Origin: Octopus vulgaris
Lineage: Eukaryota
Length of the DNA: 64,000 nucleotides
Assembly (NCBI GenBank): GCA_951406725.2
Contig: OX597814.1
Location: 215,264,001-215,328,000 of the forward strand
Reading direction: 5' to 3'
Shown here one piece after another: positions 12,721 to 26,381 of this stretch (positions within the stretch are counted from its first letter, which is position 1; every line of letters starts with the position of its first letter). The notes under the pieces are model-generated. The model had not been told where the DNA came from, made no database searches, and saw only the letters and a program-made list of their open reading frames with translations. The translations under genes were made by a program, and so were the position numbers.

Positions 12721-12956
12721 AAGGCGGCGAGGTGACAGAAACGTTAGCGCGCTGGGCAAAATGCTTAGCTGTATTTCGTCTGCCTTTACGTTTCTGAGTT
12801 CAAATTCCGCCGAGGTCGACTTTGCCTTTCATCTTCTCGGGGTCGATAAATAAAGTACTAGTTACGCACTGGGGTCGATGTAATCGACTCTAATCACTTT
12901 GTCTGTCTTTGTTTGTCCTCTTTATGTTTAGCCCCTTGTGGGCAATAAAGAAATAT
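12721..12956 (+). mobile_element. Family-A MetaSINE-like element with 22-bp TSD
   Basis: Family consensus. TSD ataatcatactata(a/c)agattca at 12699-12720 and 12957-12978. Confidence 0.92.
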
Positions 12957-13522
12957 ATAATCATACTATACAGATTCATTTTGGTGAAAACCTAATCTGA
13001 TTGAGCAACAGTTTGGACTTTCGTAAGTTCGATTCTCTTTGGAATCTTCTCAAGTTTAGTGTAGCAGCATCAGCGACTCAGGTTTATAGTATTATAAGGT
13101 TTCAACTACATGCAGAATACGATGTCGCTTTCATAAGAAAAACACAAACAAACTGAAACTGTTTAAATTCAAATGGTAGTGATTATGTAAAATTATGCTC
13201 ATACATATGTACTTATTTCCAGACGCACATGGTGCTCCAGCATGGCCACAGTCAAACGACTGAAACGAATAAAATAATACATATATACCTTTTTTCCATA
13301 CACACATATCTGCAGTCAGTCGTCGCGCCTATGGCTGTTCATAGTTCTGGCATGACTTCATAAGCTTTCTCCATACCGGTCGGTTTTCTCGCTTGTGTTT
13401 GCCGTTTAATACGGCCAATTCCTTTCTACTTCACGTTCTTTTTTGCTATATCTTTGAATCTCAGTCGAGGTCTTCCATGGTTTCTTTTCTCCAAACACAC
13501 ATACTCAAACATATATATATAT

Positions 13523-13908
13523 TCCTTTATTCTTTTACTTGTTTCAGTCATTTGACTGCGGCCATGTTAGAGTACCGCATTTAGTCGACCAAATCGATCC
13601 CAGGACTTATTCTTTGTAAGCGTAGTACTTATTCTATCGCCTCTTTTGCCAAACCGCTAAGTTACGGGGACGTAAGCACACCAACATCGGTTGTCAAGCG
13701 ATGATTGGGGACAAACACAGACACACACACACACACACACACATATAGGATAGGCTTCTTTCAGTTTCTGTCTACCAACTTAACTCACAAGGCTCTGGTC
13801 GGCCCGAGGCTATAATAAAAGACACTTGTCCAAGGTGTATGGAGTGGAACTGAACCCAGAACCACGTGGTTGGGAAGCAAGCTTCTAACCACACACCCAC
13901 TCCTGTGC

Positions 13909-13910
<2 letters not shown>
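13523..13910 (-). mobile_element. Family-B SINE, full length
   Basis: Reverse complement of the 7780-8190 family. Confidence 0.9.
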
Positions 13911-13959
<49 letters not shown>

Positions 13960-14034
13960 AATAAATATTAGGGAATAAATCCAAATTTACAGGGAAAAAT
14001 CAGATTTAAGATTGAATCCAATTTTATAGTAAAT

Positions 14035-14228
14035 TATTATATTATATTAAATTAGAGACAAAACCACTATTATGCAAATCAAACAAAGAAAGACTTAAGC
14101 CAATACATAAAATAATTTATATAAATTAAAATTTAACAATTATAATTTATATAAATAATTTTATTTATTGGCTTAAGTCTTTCTTTGTTTGATTTGCATA
14201 ATAGTGGTTTTGTCTCTAATTTAATTTA

Positions 14229-14236
<8 letters not shown>
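14035..14236. repeat. Near-perfect inverted repeat (arms about 94 bp) between (TA)n runs
   Basis: 14035-14128 is the reverse complement of 14143-14236 (ttaaattagagacaaaaccactattatgcaaatc... / ...gatttgcataatagtggttttgtctctaatttaa). Confidence 0.93.
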
Positions 14237-14291
<55 letters not shown>

Positions 14292-14367
14292 CACGTATGC
14301 ATATGCATATGTATATGTTGTCTGTTGATAGCTAGACCACGATATGTTTCAGTAGTTGATTTCTCTA

Positions 14368-14585
14368 TACGAAGGGGTGCTGAGGGGTTCCCGGTTTTGG
14401 GTAAAAGAAAATACTGGACGATCAGTTAATGATTTTATTCAACATATTCCCCTCTCAGATTCTCACACTTATTGCAGCGGTCCTTCAGTTTTTCTAAGCT
14501 CTGTAAAAGAACTCGAATGGTTGGGCCCCCAGCCAGGCCTTTCCCGAAACCCTCAAAGCCAATAACTTTTCAGCAACTCCTCGTA
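14368..14585. mobile_element. mariner-derived MITE
   Basis: TIRs tacgaaggggtgctga / tcagcaactcctcgta with terminal TA. Internal ttttattcaacatattcccct is typical of mariner MITEs. Confidence 0.8.
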
Positions 14586-14890
14586 CATAATGCCTATCAA
14601 TGTGTATTCTGTACTGTAATATTTTTGCGCATAATCATACATACAATGAAGCATAATACACATACACACACCACACACACACACCACATTCCCAAACGCA
14701 CGCATATAGTTTGTATTTGCAAGTATTTCCACTTTCGAAATAACTTTACGGAGAAATTAAAATGAATTCATGGGGTGGAGTAAGTTTATTGGGGATATTA
14801 GGTTAGATTGTATCACATTTCATTATTCAGACTGTCATGCCTGAAGGCACTCCTTACATAGCTCAAATACATTTGAAAGATAAAGCAAAG

Positions 14891-14976
<86 letters not shown>

Positions 14977-14981
<5 letters not shown>

Positions 14982-15365
14982 CTCCTTGTCCTGTCTTTTA
15001 CTGTTTTTATTTCTATTGTTTTTACTGTCCTGTTCTTCTTACCACTTTTACCCCTCCGCAAAAAATCCCAAATTTTATTTAATTTGCATTGCGGGAAGGA
15101 TTGTTTCACAGAAGTCGCGTCTTGTCCTTACCTTCGAAACGCGGAGTAGACGAATCAGGGACAACTGAAGAAGGGGGAATATTCCTTGTGATGTATATCT
15201 TGTACTCTGTTTTTTCGTTGTTTGAAAAAAAGTTCGTTTCCATGTTTTTGTTTTTATGTTTCCGTTTCTCATTGTGTTCAACGTTTTTTGGTGTCCTGTA
15301 CCCATATATGCATGTATATATACATATAGATGTAGGTATGTACATATATGTATGTATATATGCAT
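14977..15365 (+). mobile_element. Microsatellite-flanked interspersed repeat (related copies at 56040-56450 and, inverted, 59640-59897)
   Basis: High similarity to 56100-56450 (aaaaatcccaaattttatttaatttgc...gggacaactgaagaaggg...tgtcctgtacccatatatgcatg). Contains split hammerhead-like motifs cgaaacgcggagta and ctgaagaagg. Confidence 0.8.
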
Positions 15366-15385
15366 ATGTTTATATATTATTTATG

Positions 15386-15426
<41 letters not shown>

Positions 15427-15446
15427 AACATTTGTGCATATTGAAA

Positions 15447-15950
15447 TTTTTTTTACTGTTTCAGCACGAGAGTTGCGGCCATGCTGGGGCACAGTATGTG
15501 CTTTGCCACACTTTTACTAAACTTTTTCTGATATGTGACATTTGGTGAATGAGGAAGGTTGATGATACTGCCCTCATCTACGTTTCTTGCTGTGAGGTAG
15601 GTTCATCCGGGACTCTTGACAGGAGATTCAGTTTTGTTTTGAAGATGCCGACACTCACCCCATATAGATCTCTCTGGTTTTGTAAGAAGATATTGAATAG
15701 CTGTGGGCCTCTGAAGCCCAGGCTGTTGCAGTATCTGGTCCCGTATCATGATGGCAATGTTGTGAATTTTGGTACTATATATACAGTGGCGCCCCATTTT
15801 GCTGATTGTGTAACTTACAATGCCAAAGTTTGGTACAAGTTCTAGGATTTTCCAGATGTATATAACTGGGTATCTTTCCCGCCATTGTTCTAGGGAGTAG
15901 ATTCTTAGCTTTTTCAATCTCTCACAGTAGCTGAAACGGAGAGATCTTTA
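15447..15950 (-). pseudogene. CR1/L2-group LINE 3' end (ORF2 C-terminus plus 3' tail)
   Basis: SYCERLKKLRIYSLEQWRERYPVIYIWKILELVPNFGI matches the Y.ERL..L.L.SLE.RR motif. Tail gtgccccagcatggccgcaactctcgtgctgaaacagtaaaaaaa. Confidence 0.85.
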
Positions 15951-16300
15951 GAATTATTGTATTCTCGTTAGCGCCGTTGAAGACTAGAATACGGGATTAC
16001 ACGCAAGTTAACAGGGCATCTTTTTGAGGTATTACTTAACCACAAGTGAAGTTCCAGTCCTATGGAGGCACGTTTTCACTGCGAAACTTACCCACCATGA
16101 ATATGGAGATTGTTTTCAGTAGTTCAACATTTACCTTTATCTTTGGCTGGTTGCTTATATTTCTGGATTAACGAGAGCTTCTAAAAGAATTTAATTTACT
16201 GCGGCTGTACATATAATTTCTCTACTTAAGAAGTTATCTTATAATAAAAGATATGCAAGGAAAGCTGCGGGATCAGTAGGCGTGAAGAAAGAAAGAAAGA

Positions 16301-16343
<43 letters not shown>

Positions 16344-17021
16344 GGATTAGAAGAGTAAAGAAAGGAAGTGGAAAGAATATCTTATGTAAGACAAGAATAC
16401 AGAAATAAACAAAGAAGAAAAAAAGCAAGAAGGGGATGAGAAGGGATGAGATGTCTATAAGAAGACTAATCAGTAATTTAAGGGAAATTAAGATTAGGAC
16501 GAAGTGATAGCGATGCGAACAAGGCATAGTTTCAAGAAATTAACATTTGATTAATGGTTAGAGTATTCAGGTGGTTTAGGAAGTAGAGTACATCATCATC
16601 AATTTTATGTGAGGGCGTAGGAGAAGAAAGAAGAAACCAACAAGTTCATACAGCCCTGGATTTTCTTTTCGACTTTTCTACGACGGCCTCTCATTCTTTA
16701 AAATAGCAATCTACATTCTACCAACAAGCGCAGACAGTACATGCCTCTTTTCTTGTCATCGTCCCTGTATATGCTACTCCTCATTTAAATTCCACACGAA
16801 ATACATTTCCAATAATTTTTATCCAGAGCTGAAAGATACTTATGTTTTTCCTGTAAAGATTGATCCACAGAAGTTCGAATTTAGCATCAACCGTATTGCT
16901 CTCAAATGCTTAAGTGATCCTACTACAAAGGTCATGGCCATTGGCCCACATCTTATACTGATATATTAAAAGTAATGTGTTTGTGTGTGTGTGTGTAGAG
17001 AGAGAGAGGGAGAGAGAGAGA

Positions 17022-17069
<48 letters not shown>

Positions 17070-18725
17070 GAGAGAGCATGCAATTTTTCTTTGCAGTAAT
17101 TTCAGCAAGTTCCCTGAAGTTTTAACGCATTATATGCCTAAATATAAGAATTAAATGAAAATTATTTATATTACATATGTCGCCTTAACATTCAAATATA
17201 AAGCATGAAAATTGGGCAATTATATTGTCAATGGTGGACATGAATCCTTTGTTCTTACTTCTTAGTTATGTCGATTCCTCATCACTTACAGTTTAAACAG
17301 AGTACTTCTACGTGGGCACTTGACAGAAATATCAGCAAAAAATCTCTCTCATATCTTTCTGTCTCTAAAAAAGTGAACCATGAATAATGTCAATGAAAGA
17401 TGGGATGGTCACTGCAGGAACAGCTTGTAGGATCATTATTGAGTGTTTTTGTTGCTGATGTTATTGTTTATTAATTGAAACACCTGGAAATGTCTTCGAA
17501 ATGCGCATTACGTTGTCATCCTTAATTCACGATAAACGCAACAAAAATGTTTCTGGGGGTGTCAGCTGGAGTTATTTCTTCCATTTTCCAAGAAAACAAT
17601 TGCATTCAGATAACAAGAACAATTCGAAGAAGAACAAAACCTTATAGCAAGATTTAGCTTTCTCGAGCTCAGAAATTTTATCATAGCGTATCTTTGTTGT
17701 ACAAATATTCCTTGCTGCTTGCCTGAAAGTTTCGAACGTAACATTGTTCTGTAGCACAATATTTGCCTGAAGGAATTCTTGGTAGTGCTAAAAAAATTTT
17801 ATTATAATTTCTGCTTACAGTGTCTGTTAATATCTGTCTCCACTGTGTAGACAGGATACTCAATATTCTATTTGTTGCTAGGTAATATCAGAGCAGAGGG
17901 AAGTGCATTAGGAGTATTGTTACAACATTTGATATAATACTTTGCTGTATTTAATTAAGGCTTTTTACATTCTGTTTTCCAATTTAACCAAGATCAGCTT
18001 TGCATTTTATCCTTCCTGGGGTTATTTATAAAGAAGTACAAGTCAAGTATTAGGGTCGTTTTAATCAACTATACCTCGCCTTCATAATTTGTGAACATGT
18101 ACGGATAATAGAAGTAAATATTGCTAGTGACATAAGAAGCAATGGCAATGACATACGCAGCAGAATTTATAGTTTTATGGGTTTAGGTACTCTTAATCTC
18201 ATTAGCGTTGTATCGATAAAAATACGAGGCATCTGGGTGTTCAAAAGTGTGAGTATATGGCAAATAAAAACTCTATGTTTCATTCTTTGCAGTAATAATC
18301 CTTTCTACTATAGGCACAGGCCCTGAAACTTTCGTGTGTGGGTGCTAGTGTTTAACTGGTACTTATTTTATTAACCTCGAAAGGATGAAATGCAAAGTCG
18401 ACCAATAATTTTATGTAAACAGTTTTAAAACAAAAATTATTGCTTTTGTAGCAGTATAAATAGTTGTAATCCCAGATCATTCTTGATCAAGCGGACCTAC
18501 TACACTTTCGCAGTCGCCGAACGACAACGTACAAGCCACAGTATCATAACTCAAGATATACCATACTGTCATATTTGTTGAAGATCGAACAGCATATTCT
18601 GGCAATCAGTGGTTATTTGCATAGGATACAGTAGGAAAATCTGGTCATGCTGTATTTTCTTCTGTGTAGTCTATTTCTGTATACTTGTTAACTTCAAATT
18701 AGCTCTGAGTGAGTATGCCTATGAT

Positions 18726-18914
18726 AGTTAAGTTAAGTTAATTTTTGGGCTCAAAAAGCAAAAAGCAAGGTCATGTAGGGGGACATGGAGTTATGTACAG
18801 GGTGGTGTTCATGCAAAGAGTTCAGGCCATTTCTGGTCAAGAGAGACTTTGAACGGAGCGGTCGTCGGCATCTTCACTATCTCGTCCGGCAGCTTATTCC
18901 ACGGATCCGCAACG
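18726..18914 (-). mobile_element. 5'-truncated CR1-type LINE 3' end with (TAACT)n tail
   Basis: Minus frame VADPWNKLPDEIVKMPTTAPFKVSLDQKWPELFA* carries the WNxLP motif. agttaagttaagtta tail on +. Confidence 0.8.
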
Positions 18915-20435
18915 AAAAACTTTCAGTCGTGACCATCCAGTATTTTTTCTAGGCATCGTGTATATAACACTAGATTATCTAGTATGTCTGTCCGTTCGTT
19001 AAGATATTAGGGTATGTTTTAAGGAAGATTTAACTAGTGTCCAGTTATTTTTTATATGGTTTTTTAATATGTTTATCTGGTGTAAGGATTATGTATTTAG
19101 AAAGGTGCTTAAGTAGAATTCTGTGATGCAGGTGTACTTGTTTGTTTGTAGGCGATTGCGCATATAGTAGTTTGGAGGTTAGACTGCAAGGATGAGAGCT
19201 TACAGCAACAAGAAACTATGTCCCTGGCATGCAGAAAATTTCTTTCATGTTCTGTACTTTTGTTTAATCGTGAAGCTTGCCTACGTGCAGTTGTGTGCAG
19301 CTTGTTATGCGTCTGTGCTGTTTGAATTTGTGAAGATTAATAGTTGAAGGACTGTGATGTATCGAAGGCATTGTAGTTTTTATAATAATATTGTTGTGTT
19401 TCGGGTGGTACTTGTGATGATTTTGAGCTTTCTATGTTTGTACATCATTATGCATTGAACACGACAGAGGCATTCTATATAATTCCTAGTATTTTTGTAT
19501 TCAATGTAAGTACTATGTTGTTGAATGTGTCAACTATTTGTTATTGATGTACTCTTGTGTTCCTGGTTAGAAAGGAAATGGTAAATTGGCAGCTGCTGCA
19601 TTATGTATATTGTAATGGAGAACAGGTATCGAGTGGTTTAATGAGAGTTTGGAGAAGTCATGAAGTTGTGTCTGGAGAATGGTGCAAAAATGTGACTGTG
19701 ATACCATTTGTACATGAAGTTTTGTTTATACTTTGAAGAATGCAGTGCGATGCAGACACAACTTAACAAGGGATCGCGCGAGGAAGGGTATAGGTTTATA
19801 AATAATGAATATGAGAATATATATTTGCAGTAATCCATTCGGAAATTACAGATTATAGATTATAAATTATAGGTAACATGGGTTTCGTGATTGGAGAGGT
19901 TGCGTGTTACCCAGTCTTCTGCGCTGTTTCGTAAGAAGATATTCAGTATTCATGAAATGGAGTAAAAAAAACTTTTTGATAACAATGGCATTGGAATTGG
20001 TTTTCGTGTGCGTATGCGTGGGAACGTTATTACTTTTGAAACCAACAGGAATTGTAAGCTTTGTAAATAATGTGATTGAATGAAGTTGTTTTCTTTTTGC
20101 TCACTGTTTCTCGTGGAGGAGGCAGCGCCTATGACCCTTGTAAGCCCCCGCTTCTCCACGAGACTAGTGAAACTGATGTTGTGGATATTCTGTTTAAAGT
20201 ATTAGAACTCAGCACCTACAGGAATACATACTCGAGAGGAGATTCCAGAAGAAAAATGTCCTGGGAATGCAGGACTGAAGGTAAATAATAAATGCGGAGC
20301 CAGGAAGGTTGGAGACAACAAGGAGAATAAGTGGAGCAAAGGCAAAAGGTTTAGCAGTACCTGAGTGAAGGAGGCACAAGACCAGTTAACTCAGAGGAGC
20401 AGAGGCCATTACGAAAGTTGTGTGTGTATGTGTAT

Positions 20436-20509
<74 letters not shown>

Positions 20510-21199
20510 CGGGATGGATGGATGGATGGATGGAGGGAAGAGAAAGCTAGTATGTGAGTTACAGGTGGAATGTGTTTATGAGACTGAACGACATTAATAT
20601 TCGGCGAGGAAAAGGTACGACTTAATGTTTCTTGAAGCAAATATTTGTAAATATTTTTGAAGGAAGCCGTAGAGGAGTGATAAATTTGTGTAATGATGCC
20701 TTAGGCGGGACTCTGTTGGGCTTTAGAGTTGTGATTATTTTTGCTTAGTTTCTAAATTCTGATGATTCAACAACATCGGTACTGTAAATTACTGTTGTGT
20801 TCCTGTTGTCGCTGTTAGTGAAGCCTATGCCAGCCCTGATCGATGGTTGGTCTGGTTTTAAATTATTTTATGGCCTGCACAAAATATATCAAAGTCATAA
20901 ATATTGAAATTATTAATGCACAAGATGAAAAGCTTTCAGCTGCGGTGACCCCGCCTTTTTGTATCATATTACACATTTTCACTGCAGCAACTTAACACAT
21001 TACCAAACATCACATATGCACGAATCTTAAATGCAAAAAGCACATTCTGGTGCAAAAATAATATGGATTATCACTAGCGGAGACATTGTCTTGTGTATTT
21101 CTCCTTCTGCTAAAACTCCCTATGTGTAATTTGGCTGAGATTTAGTTGCTATTTTTTTAGGTCAAGCTTTTTCTAGTGAGCTGCTTTGTCTGTTAGTGG

Positions 21200-22600
21200 T
21201 ACGAAAGATTGGAGATATTGTTGAGTGTATTAATCCCTTGAGACCTTGGGTGATACAGGTGCATATTTGTTGGATGGAGTAGGTTACCGGTCGTCGATAA
21301 TTTGTTTCGCTGGTGTCGAATCGAAGAAAGAGGTAGAAGTTACGTTTGTGTAGGAAGTACGTACTTTGCGGTTTTGTTCTCATGCATTTTGTGTTTTGTA
21401 TGGTTTTAGTGGCTGACGTTTGAGAAATCTTTATATATAAAAGTGAAGTTGTGTGTCTGTCTGTCTCCTACGATTTAGATTCCTAACTACTCCCACATTT
21501 TGCGGTGCAGTTTAACCAAAACCGGGTATCTTATAGTCGTGATTCATATCTAGCCCTTCTGGGTCTACGATGAGTCTACGATTTAAAAAAAAAATTACCA
21601 TCATTTTTTTCCCATTTTAATGCATTTTTTCGCTATTATATAAGGGAAGTAACTCTCTAAAAATGTCTACGATGAGTCAACGATTTAAAAAAAAATTTAC
21701 CATCATTTTTTTTCCATTTTTAATGCATTTTTTTGCTATTTTTTTGGCTATAACTCTCTAAAAATGCTTATATAGTTATTTCCCTTACAAACCCGAGCAA
21801 CGCCGGGCGATACTGCTAGTATTTAGTAAAGGTGTTTTCTTGCTTTTAGAGTGTAACTGTTATATGAAATTGTTCACGTGGCGTTTGATAAACTGTAGCC
21901 ATTATAAGTATTGTTCTTTCACAATTTATTTCGAGGTTTACATTAGTTACAAATACTTGCCAGTTTTCTGTTTCATTTTTTTCTATGGTTTATTTTCTTT
22001 GTTATTTCTTTGTTTGGACGCTTCATGCTGAGTTGTATTTTGCTGTGTGTAGTGTTGGTGTGATGTGTTTAGATATTCGTAAGCTTTTGTAACGTTAGCT
22101 ATTTCAGCTCTGTAATTAAGCTTACTTTTTTTTATGTTTCCCTTTGGGCGATGCTACTTGGAAGCACCTATAATTGTTGAAAGTGTGCATTTCAGTGGCT
22201 ACGCTGGTGATTATAGTGCTTTTGAATTCTGCGAACGCTGATTCAGTTTGTTTGCAGAAGTGTGTGTTGTAGAACTGTTTTTTTTTTTAAATTTGTGATG
22301 TGATTTTTATATTTTGTTACTTACGTGTGAATGTGTTGTTATAATAGTTTATAAGTAGAGGGAGGAAAGTTGGGGGATTTCTGCTACATGGTTGTTGCAT
22401 TACCTAAATACATCCAACGGAATGTGATGCCTAGGGAATTGTAATTATCTTACTGTTATCTTAGCGACTTATATGTTATAGGTGTTGCTGGTTGTGATGC
22501 TATTTTATCTTCGCTGGTGATACCTGTGTAATCTTTGTACCAGAATAAGTTTTGTGCATTGAAGTTTCATGCAAAGAAGGTGTTTACTAATATTTTAAAC
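21200..22600 (-). pseudogene. Possible highly decayed retroelement coding sequence (Penelope-like?), interrupted by the Helitron
   Basis: Strong T/G strand skew on +. Minus fragments KCMRTKP.. and SIQQICTCITQG loosely recall the Cys-rich region before Penelope GIY-YIG. Weak. Confidence 0.25.
21428..21819 (+). mobile_element. Non-autonomous Helitron with internal ~100-bp tandem duplication
   Basis: 5' TC after A. 3' hairpin cccgagcaacgccggg then CTAG before T. gtctacgatgagtc...aaaaatg repeated at about 21563 and 21665. Confidence 0.88.
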
Positions 22601-23438
22601 ATTTGTAGCGAGGATGTGTAATATGATAGGACGATGGTGATGACGGAAGTGCTGTATATGTCGCAAGATCAACTGAGGATGAACATGAGGACTCTTCGTT
22701 GACTCTTCGAATGACAAAGAAGATATCCACCTTACGGAAAGGGAAAATAAAAGCTACTAAAAACACCTGGTATCCATGGAATTGGAATTAGAGAGAATTT
22801 ATGAGTCTCATCAACGTCAATCATTGTTTTCCCCTAACTTGGCTGAAGTTGTGTAAACGCTTACTGACATGCTCTAGGAAAGACAGAAAAGAAAAGGAAA
22901 GAAAAAATCAACCTATCACCCTCATTTTACTGTGATAGCCCTATTAGTAAATAAAGTTCTTTTGTGCTGTTCAGGTGTTGCATTGCATGTCAGAAAGTAA
23001 AAGTATCACCACGCCAAGTTACAATTGGGCACTTTTGCTTTGCCCAATGCGAAGGTTCGACGACACACATGAATTACGTTGTCGGGGTCACCGACGCTAT
23101 CAAATCTTTCCGGATAAAGAAAAGATATGGTGTCCGAGCATGATGAATTCGCAAAGCCAGCTTGTTTCACTTATCTAATTCTACTCAACAATGTAGGTCT
23201 ATTTGTGGTTAGCCTTTGCTGCAGCTTGAGTAACCACAGTAGAAGTAGGAACAGTCTTACATCGGTCATATAAGGACGATTATAGCATTTACCAGTCAGT
23301 TACATAACCAGCCATAGCTAATTGCTAGAAGACAGCAGCGAAACAATTAGTGCGCAAACTGACTCTTACCCGCAACTTACCACGTTTCACTGGCTTGTTA
23401 GTAACCAGCAATCACAGCTCAACATGATTCTAGCAGCT

Positions 23439-23670
23439 AAGGCGGCGAGCTGGCGGAACCGTTAGCACGCCGGGCGATATGCATAGCCGTATTTCGTCTG
23501 CCGTTACGTTCTGAGTTCAAATTCCGCCGAGGTCGACTTTGCCTTTCATCCTTTCGGGGTCGATAAATTAAGTACCAGTTACGCACTGGAGTCGATGTAA
23601 TCGATTTAATCCGTTTGTCTGTCCTTGTTTGTCCCCTTTATGTGTAGCCCTTTGTGGGTAGTAAAGAAAC
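23439..23670 (+). mobile_element. Family-A MetaSINE-like element with 17-bp TSD
   Basis: Family consensus. TSD acat(g/a)attctag(c/t)agct at 23422-23438 and 23671-23687. Confidence 0.92.
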
Positions 23671-23870
23671 ACATAATTCTAGTAGCTTTCTCAAGAGCCG
23701 ACGAACTCAGCGGTTTATTTCTTCGACTGTGACGAGTGAGGTTACAACAGCTATTACTTTGCTGAACACTAGAACAGCAGCAGGTTAACATTTGCTCCTC
23801 TCAATAACGGATATGTAGGCCAGCTCAGAGATGATCTTCAACAACAGATTTGCATGTTCCTCCCACCTTT

Positions 23871-23883
23871 ACACACACACACG

Positions 23884-23980
<97 letters not shown>
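23871..23980. repeat. (CA)n microsatellite
   Basis: Direct inspection. Confidence 0.97.
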
Positions 23981-25435
23981 ATTCAAGCGCGCACGAACAC
24001 ACTACATTAACAAACTCTGTAGAATGCTGTATTCATTTCTGCAATTAATAACATTTCAGATTATTTATTTTTACATTTCTGACTTCGAAATTGGAGTTCA
24101 TATTATATGGGACATTAATTTTATTGTTGTCGATCAAGCTTGTCATAGTTAACTTAATTCATTAGCAAGAAGGATATATACTTTCATATAATGAGATTAT
24201 TAAAGAACAAAACTATCTCCATAATTTATTGTGTTGGTGGAATTTTATATTTTGTACAAGTGTATTATTGACTATTTGTTGCTGTGTATCTTGGATGAAC
24301 TCTAGTGATTATGTATGTTGTTTAAATTCAGTCTAGGGCTGCAGGCTGCAGGCGGAGAAAGAGGAAATGGCAGTAACCCCGTATTTTTTTGTTACGCTTC
24401 GATGTGGTTTTGGAATTCATTTATGCGAAATTTTATGCTAAATGTTGTCTGTATATATGTGCTTGGGTATATTGTTAGGGTGCCCTTACTTTTCGAAGTA
24501 TTTTGCTGTTTCATTCAAAGCCGTCATTTTTACAGCCACCATGATTCATTCATTTGGTTTTAGTTGATAATGTCAAGTGTTTTTGAGGGAAATTTAGCTG
24601 TTATTTCTTGTAGGTCAAACGAATATGCAAAGGCTCCATTTTTTGAGGTGACAGTCTATAATATTTATAATAGATATATAGATACATAATTCTAGAATTA
24701 GCGATACAATTTTATAATGATTTATGTATCAGCGTTTGTTTAAATATATACTGAATTCTTACCGCTTGAAGCAGATGTATTTATCAACGCTTCATCGAAT
24801 GGAAGAGGTATTTGTGTCCGAAATTTACTCATAAAGAGAAAAAGCTAATTCTTATTAGCCTTTTCTAATTACACTGCTATTGTCTAATGGAGAGAAATTC
24901 TCCCAAACATATACAGCTACCTAAATATTTCATTATTATATTCATAATGAACCCCTGCCAAATATGTTTTTCCCGAGAAAAACAGTTCAATAAAGAAATG
25001 AATAGAAATGAAAAAGGAGAATTACTAAAGCATTTCGCCTTCATTAATACATATGTTTTCTAGAATTACATTATAAATATATAATTCCTTTCTTTCAGAC
25101 TGTAGCTTGTAATTCAAGGGATACATGGCTGCTATAACTAGCAATGGAATTCCCACATAGAGATTGCTTCTTTGGGTCGAATACGTTTATGTTTTTCAGA
25201 TTTTTAGTCACCAAAATATGTTTTTTTTTTATGTTATATTAGATAAAGTGGTTGTTTGATTATTGTAAGTTTATGAAGGTGACACTATATATATATATTC
25301 ATACATACACACGCACACACATATTTAGTCAATTAAGAAAAAAAAAGAGAAAAAGGAAAAAACAAAAACAAACGAATGTGTAGACGTAGCAAAGCAATGT
25401 ATTAATAAAACGCTCAGAGAAAGAAAAGTGTAGTA

Positions 25436-25470
25436 GTTTTACGTTTCGAGCAAAGCTCTTCTTCTGAAAC
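25436..25470 (-). ncRNA. Variant minimal hammerhead motif in a Penelope-like short element
   Basis: Minus strand: gttt CAGAAGA A GAGC ttt GCTC GAAA CG TA aaac. Stem I gttt/aaac, core U4>A variant. Flanks homologous to 50320-50490. Confidence 0.5.
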
Positions 25471-25599
25471 AAGAAAAACCCGAAAGTCCAAGAGGAGGGA
25501 GGAAAAACCTCGCCAACAATCACGTGCGGTTACATTCTTGAAATGACTGGAAGTAGAGAAAGTACTCTTTGAGATAGGAGAGTGTGAAAATGGTCAAAG

Positions 25600-26327
25600 T
25601 GTGTGTGTGTGTACGTATGGAGGCCTGTGTGTCTGGTTGTAACTGCGTGTGTGTGTGTCTCTGTGTGTGTGTGCATGTGTGTGGTAGCGTGTGTGCGTGT
25701 GATGGTAACTTTGTGTATGCGTGTGTGGTGTCTCTGATATTAACTGTGTGTGTGTGTGTGTGTAAGTGTGTGTGTGCGTAGTCTGTGTGTGTGGTAGGAT
25801 CTGAGTGCGTGTGTGTTAACGTCGTTCTCAGAGATCAGTAGCTATAGTGACAGCTGTGTGAATGGGTGTGGCAGAGAGAGAGAGAGAGAGTGTGTGTGTG
25901 TGTTTGCACGTGCGCGTAGATGGGAGGGTCAATAGTGAAGCAGAGGCAGTCTGAAGAGGGTGTATGTGTGGCTGGGTGGGTGTGGCTGTGAGAATAGGTA
26001 GGTGTGGCTGTGTGAATGGGTGTGTGTGTGTGATGGCATGTGTACGTAGACGGAGTGGGAATGTGTATATGTGTGAGTGCTTATGTGTATGGGTGTGTGT
26101 GTCTGTATCTCCCTCTCTGTGTCACTCCTCTCTCTCTCTCGCTGTATATGTGTGTCCATGTGTTCGTGTGGGTATGTGTGTGTGTCCTTGTGTGTGCTTA
26201 TGTGCGTGCATGTGTGTGTGTGTGCGTACGCGTGTGTGCGTGTGTGTGCATGTACATGTGTGTGCGTGTGCACATATGTATAGGCGCGTGTGTGTCTCTC
26301 TTTGTGACTCTGTCTCTCTCGCTGTGT

Positions 26328-26364
<37 letters not shown>

Positions 26365-26381
26365 TGTGTGTGTGTACGTGT
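25600..26381. repeat. Long degenerate (TG)n/(TC)n compound microsatellite field
   Basis: Direct inspection. Accounts for the 143-177 aa spurious ORFs. Confidence 0.92.

Noticed and set aside
19000-20060. T/G-skewed block, possibly decayed Penelope ORF
   Set aside because: Composition only; motif order inconsistent.
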